Shown here piece after piece: positions 61,952 to 64,000 of a stretch of DNA of 64,000 nucleotides (its first letter is position 1; every line of letters starts with the position of its first letter). The position numbers were made by a program, and so were the translations under genes. Under the pieces are notes generated by a model. It was not told the DNA's origin. It searched no databases and saw only the letters and a program-made list of their open reading frames with translations. Source of the stretch: Nitrospirales bacterium (GTDB lineage: Bacteria; Nitrospirota; Nitrospiria; Nitrospirales; UBA8639); assembly GCA_965203295.1 (NCBI GenBank), contig CBDBCZ010000014.1, forward strand, positions 736,001 through 800,000, in the 5' to 3' direction.

Positions 61952-64000
61952 CCATCTGTCGGAGCAATTTCTTGCCAAACGCTGGATTTCAATTGCCAAG
62001 AAAGATTTTGGCCAACGTCTTGCCAAAGGAATCCATTGACCATGAGTCTGCCAATGAAAAGTCATTTTATTCCGAAGAAACAAACTAGGTTTTTATTGCC
62101 AAAGAAAGACCTACAATGTACAGTATTTTGGCAGTAGATTTACACTACAGTTTGCCAATGAAACTGTTTCAATTGTCTCTTTCATTGCCAAAGAAACAGC
62201 TCTCAATTGGCCAGTGTCTTAACAAACAGAATGAGTATGCCAATGTTTGCTGCCCATTTTAGAAAGATCTGTTTCTTGGCAGCGATTTTCACTGGCCCCT
62301 TTTAAAAACACCTTTCAGATTGGGCCTTTATTATGGGCTATACAAATCAACGTGGTATCAAAATCTTTACTCAGTACTAGCCCATAGAAGGTGGGGAAAG
62401 GAGGGAAATAGATTGTGGCAAGCTCCACACTAAAGCAAATCAGTTACATGTAGATACTTATTTGAACTAACCATTTACTTCTCTGGCAATGGTCAAGAGA
62501 TTGTTATATTAATGGTTTTGCGGGTAGTGCCACATACGTAAAAGTAGCAGATCTTCAATTAATTAATATTGTTCTTGCACTATGAACATACAAGCATCCA
62601 TGTCAAATGCCGAAGCCACAAGTGAATGCACACACCTACATAGCTATAGGATGCACTCTTAATAGCCTGTCTGTTTGTGTATCTGTACTTTTCTTGTGCA
62701 TTAAGTACATCATTGCATAGCGACTACAATAGAAGCTACTGAAAGTTTGTAGGCCAATTAGCTACATCAGCTTAGTTTCCTAGATAGTGAAGAAGATTTG
62801 GAAGCCCACCATGAGTTAGCAGTTTCACTAAATTTAGTTGAGACAGCCTAACAAAACACTTCCGTTTACGGCTACATACATTTGCAAGTTGACTGTCCAT
62901 AGGAGAAGGCAAATACGTTTGAAAGTTGGTTGTCCACAGGAGGAGGTAAATAGGCAGTGGCTCTCAAATATTTAACTAGGTTAGGCTGTCGGAATCAAAG
63001 GCTAACAGTTACTGTGTACACATACACTGGGAACAGTTCACCTGCCATAGGAAAGTGATGGGCAGGAGGTAGTTCGTGATCCACCGAGGGATTAGGGGTT
63101 TGGGCCTGCATGAGGAAAAAAGCATGGAAGATTTACATCTGATTCACAGAGTGCCTCTATCACTGTACCTACACACGCAGTGTGTGTGGTATGTGTGTGT
63201 GTGTGTGTGTGTGCATGCTTTGTACATTCCTCCACACCACTGCCAATTGGTGTGCTGATATGACAAGCAATCACAGATTTGTATAGTAAATCTAGATATC
63301 TGCAGCTGGTTGGTATTTTCTTTCTACTTTTCTAGTAGTCGCACTCCCAGACAGACCTAAAATCTTGTTTTAGGAAGGGCGAGGGTACATACATGAGCAT
63401 GTATGTATGTATAATATGCAAACTTAACAAGTACGTGCACACCTACATTGTTAAGTATATGTGTAAAGTAGGCATCTAATCTGAAATGATACTTACAAAG
63501 GCTTCAAAGCTGTTTCTCAGTAGGGTTCCTGAACTAAACATGGGCTTAACTCCCTTCAAGAATAGTATGGGGAAGGCAAGAGTAACAATTCCCCACCCTC
63601 AAGAGAGTTATAAGAAGGTGTAACTTCCATATAGGCCTGTGGTGTAGATAAGCATGCGGCGAGCTCAGTCAGGCTCACCCTGATGTTGTGTTAGCCTCGA
63701 ATCCTGGGTTTGAGGCTGCATGATGTCGTATGGCAGTCATCTGAATATGTATTACATGTAGCTATGTATTTGCTAAAAGAGAGTCTTTTCATTGTCTTAC
63801 AATCTTCCAATTATGTGGTTAAGCCTAACAAGAATGATGTCTACTTACGTATGTGTAGGATTTCAATAGTTTCCTGGTCTCCCAACATTAGAGGGTTTGG
63901 TGGAGCAATTTTTTCTGGCAGCACTATGCCCTACATATGTGTGATGCTAAATTACCCACCCTGAGTATCTGAGTGACAGAACTTTGCGGACTTAGTAGTA
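61952..64000 (+). repeat. Segmental direct duplication, copy 2 (runs off the window)
   Basis: Near-identical to 49908-51960. Confidence 0.9.

Overview
Eukaryotic (animal) genomic DNA, repeat-rich with short GT-AG introns. Gene content and repeat style suggest an early-branching marine invertebrate such as a demosponge (inference). The centrepiece is an apparently intact, very young Ngaro-type tyrosine-recombinase retrotransposon (~8177-14473, minus strand). It has split direct repeats A1-gag-pol-YR-B1-A2-B2 and is inserted without a TSD into a ~180-bp satellite monomer. Its YR frame has no ATG, but a consensus splice donor in gag and an acceptor at the end of pol would join the SAP-domain N-half of Gag in frame to the recombinase (561 aa). 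Other contents: a 9-exon Delta-like Notch ligand with two mutually compensating frame lesions and a tandem tyrosine-motif tail; a 6-exon Mutator (MULE) transposase fused to a Ulp1 protease and PHD finger, with one nonsense codon; decayed RNF213-like, DIS3L2-like and EGF-SRCR gene fragments; a Gypsy-like 5' fragment; LINE fragments; many Helentron/DINE-like and MITE elements; long palindromes; an exon bracketed by ~570-bp inverted repeats; and a 2-kb segmental duplication. All calls were read by eye; no database searches were run.
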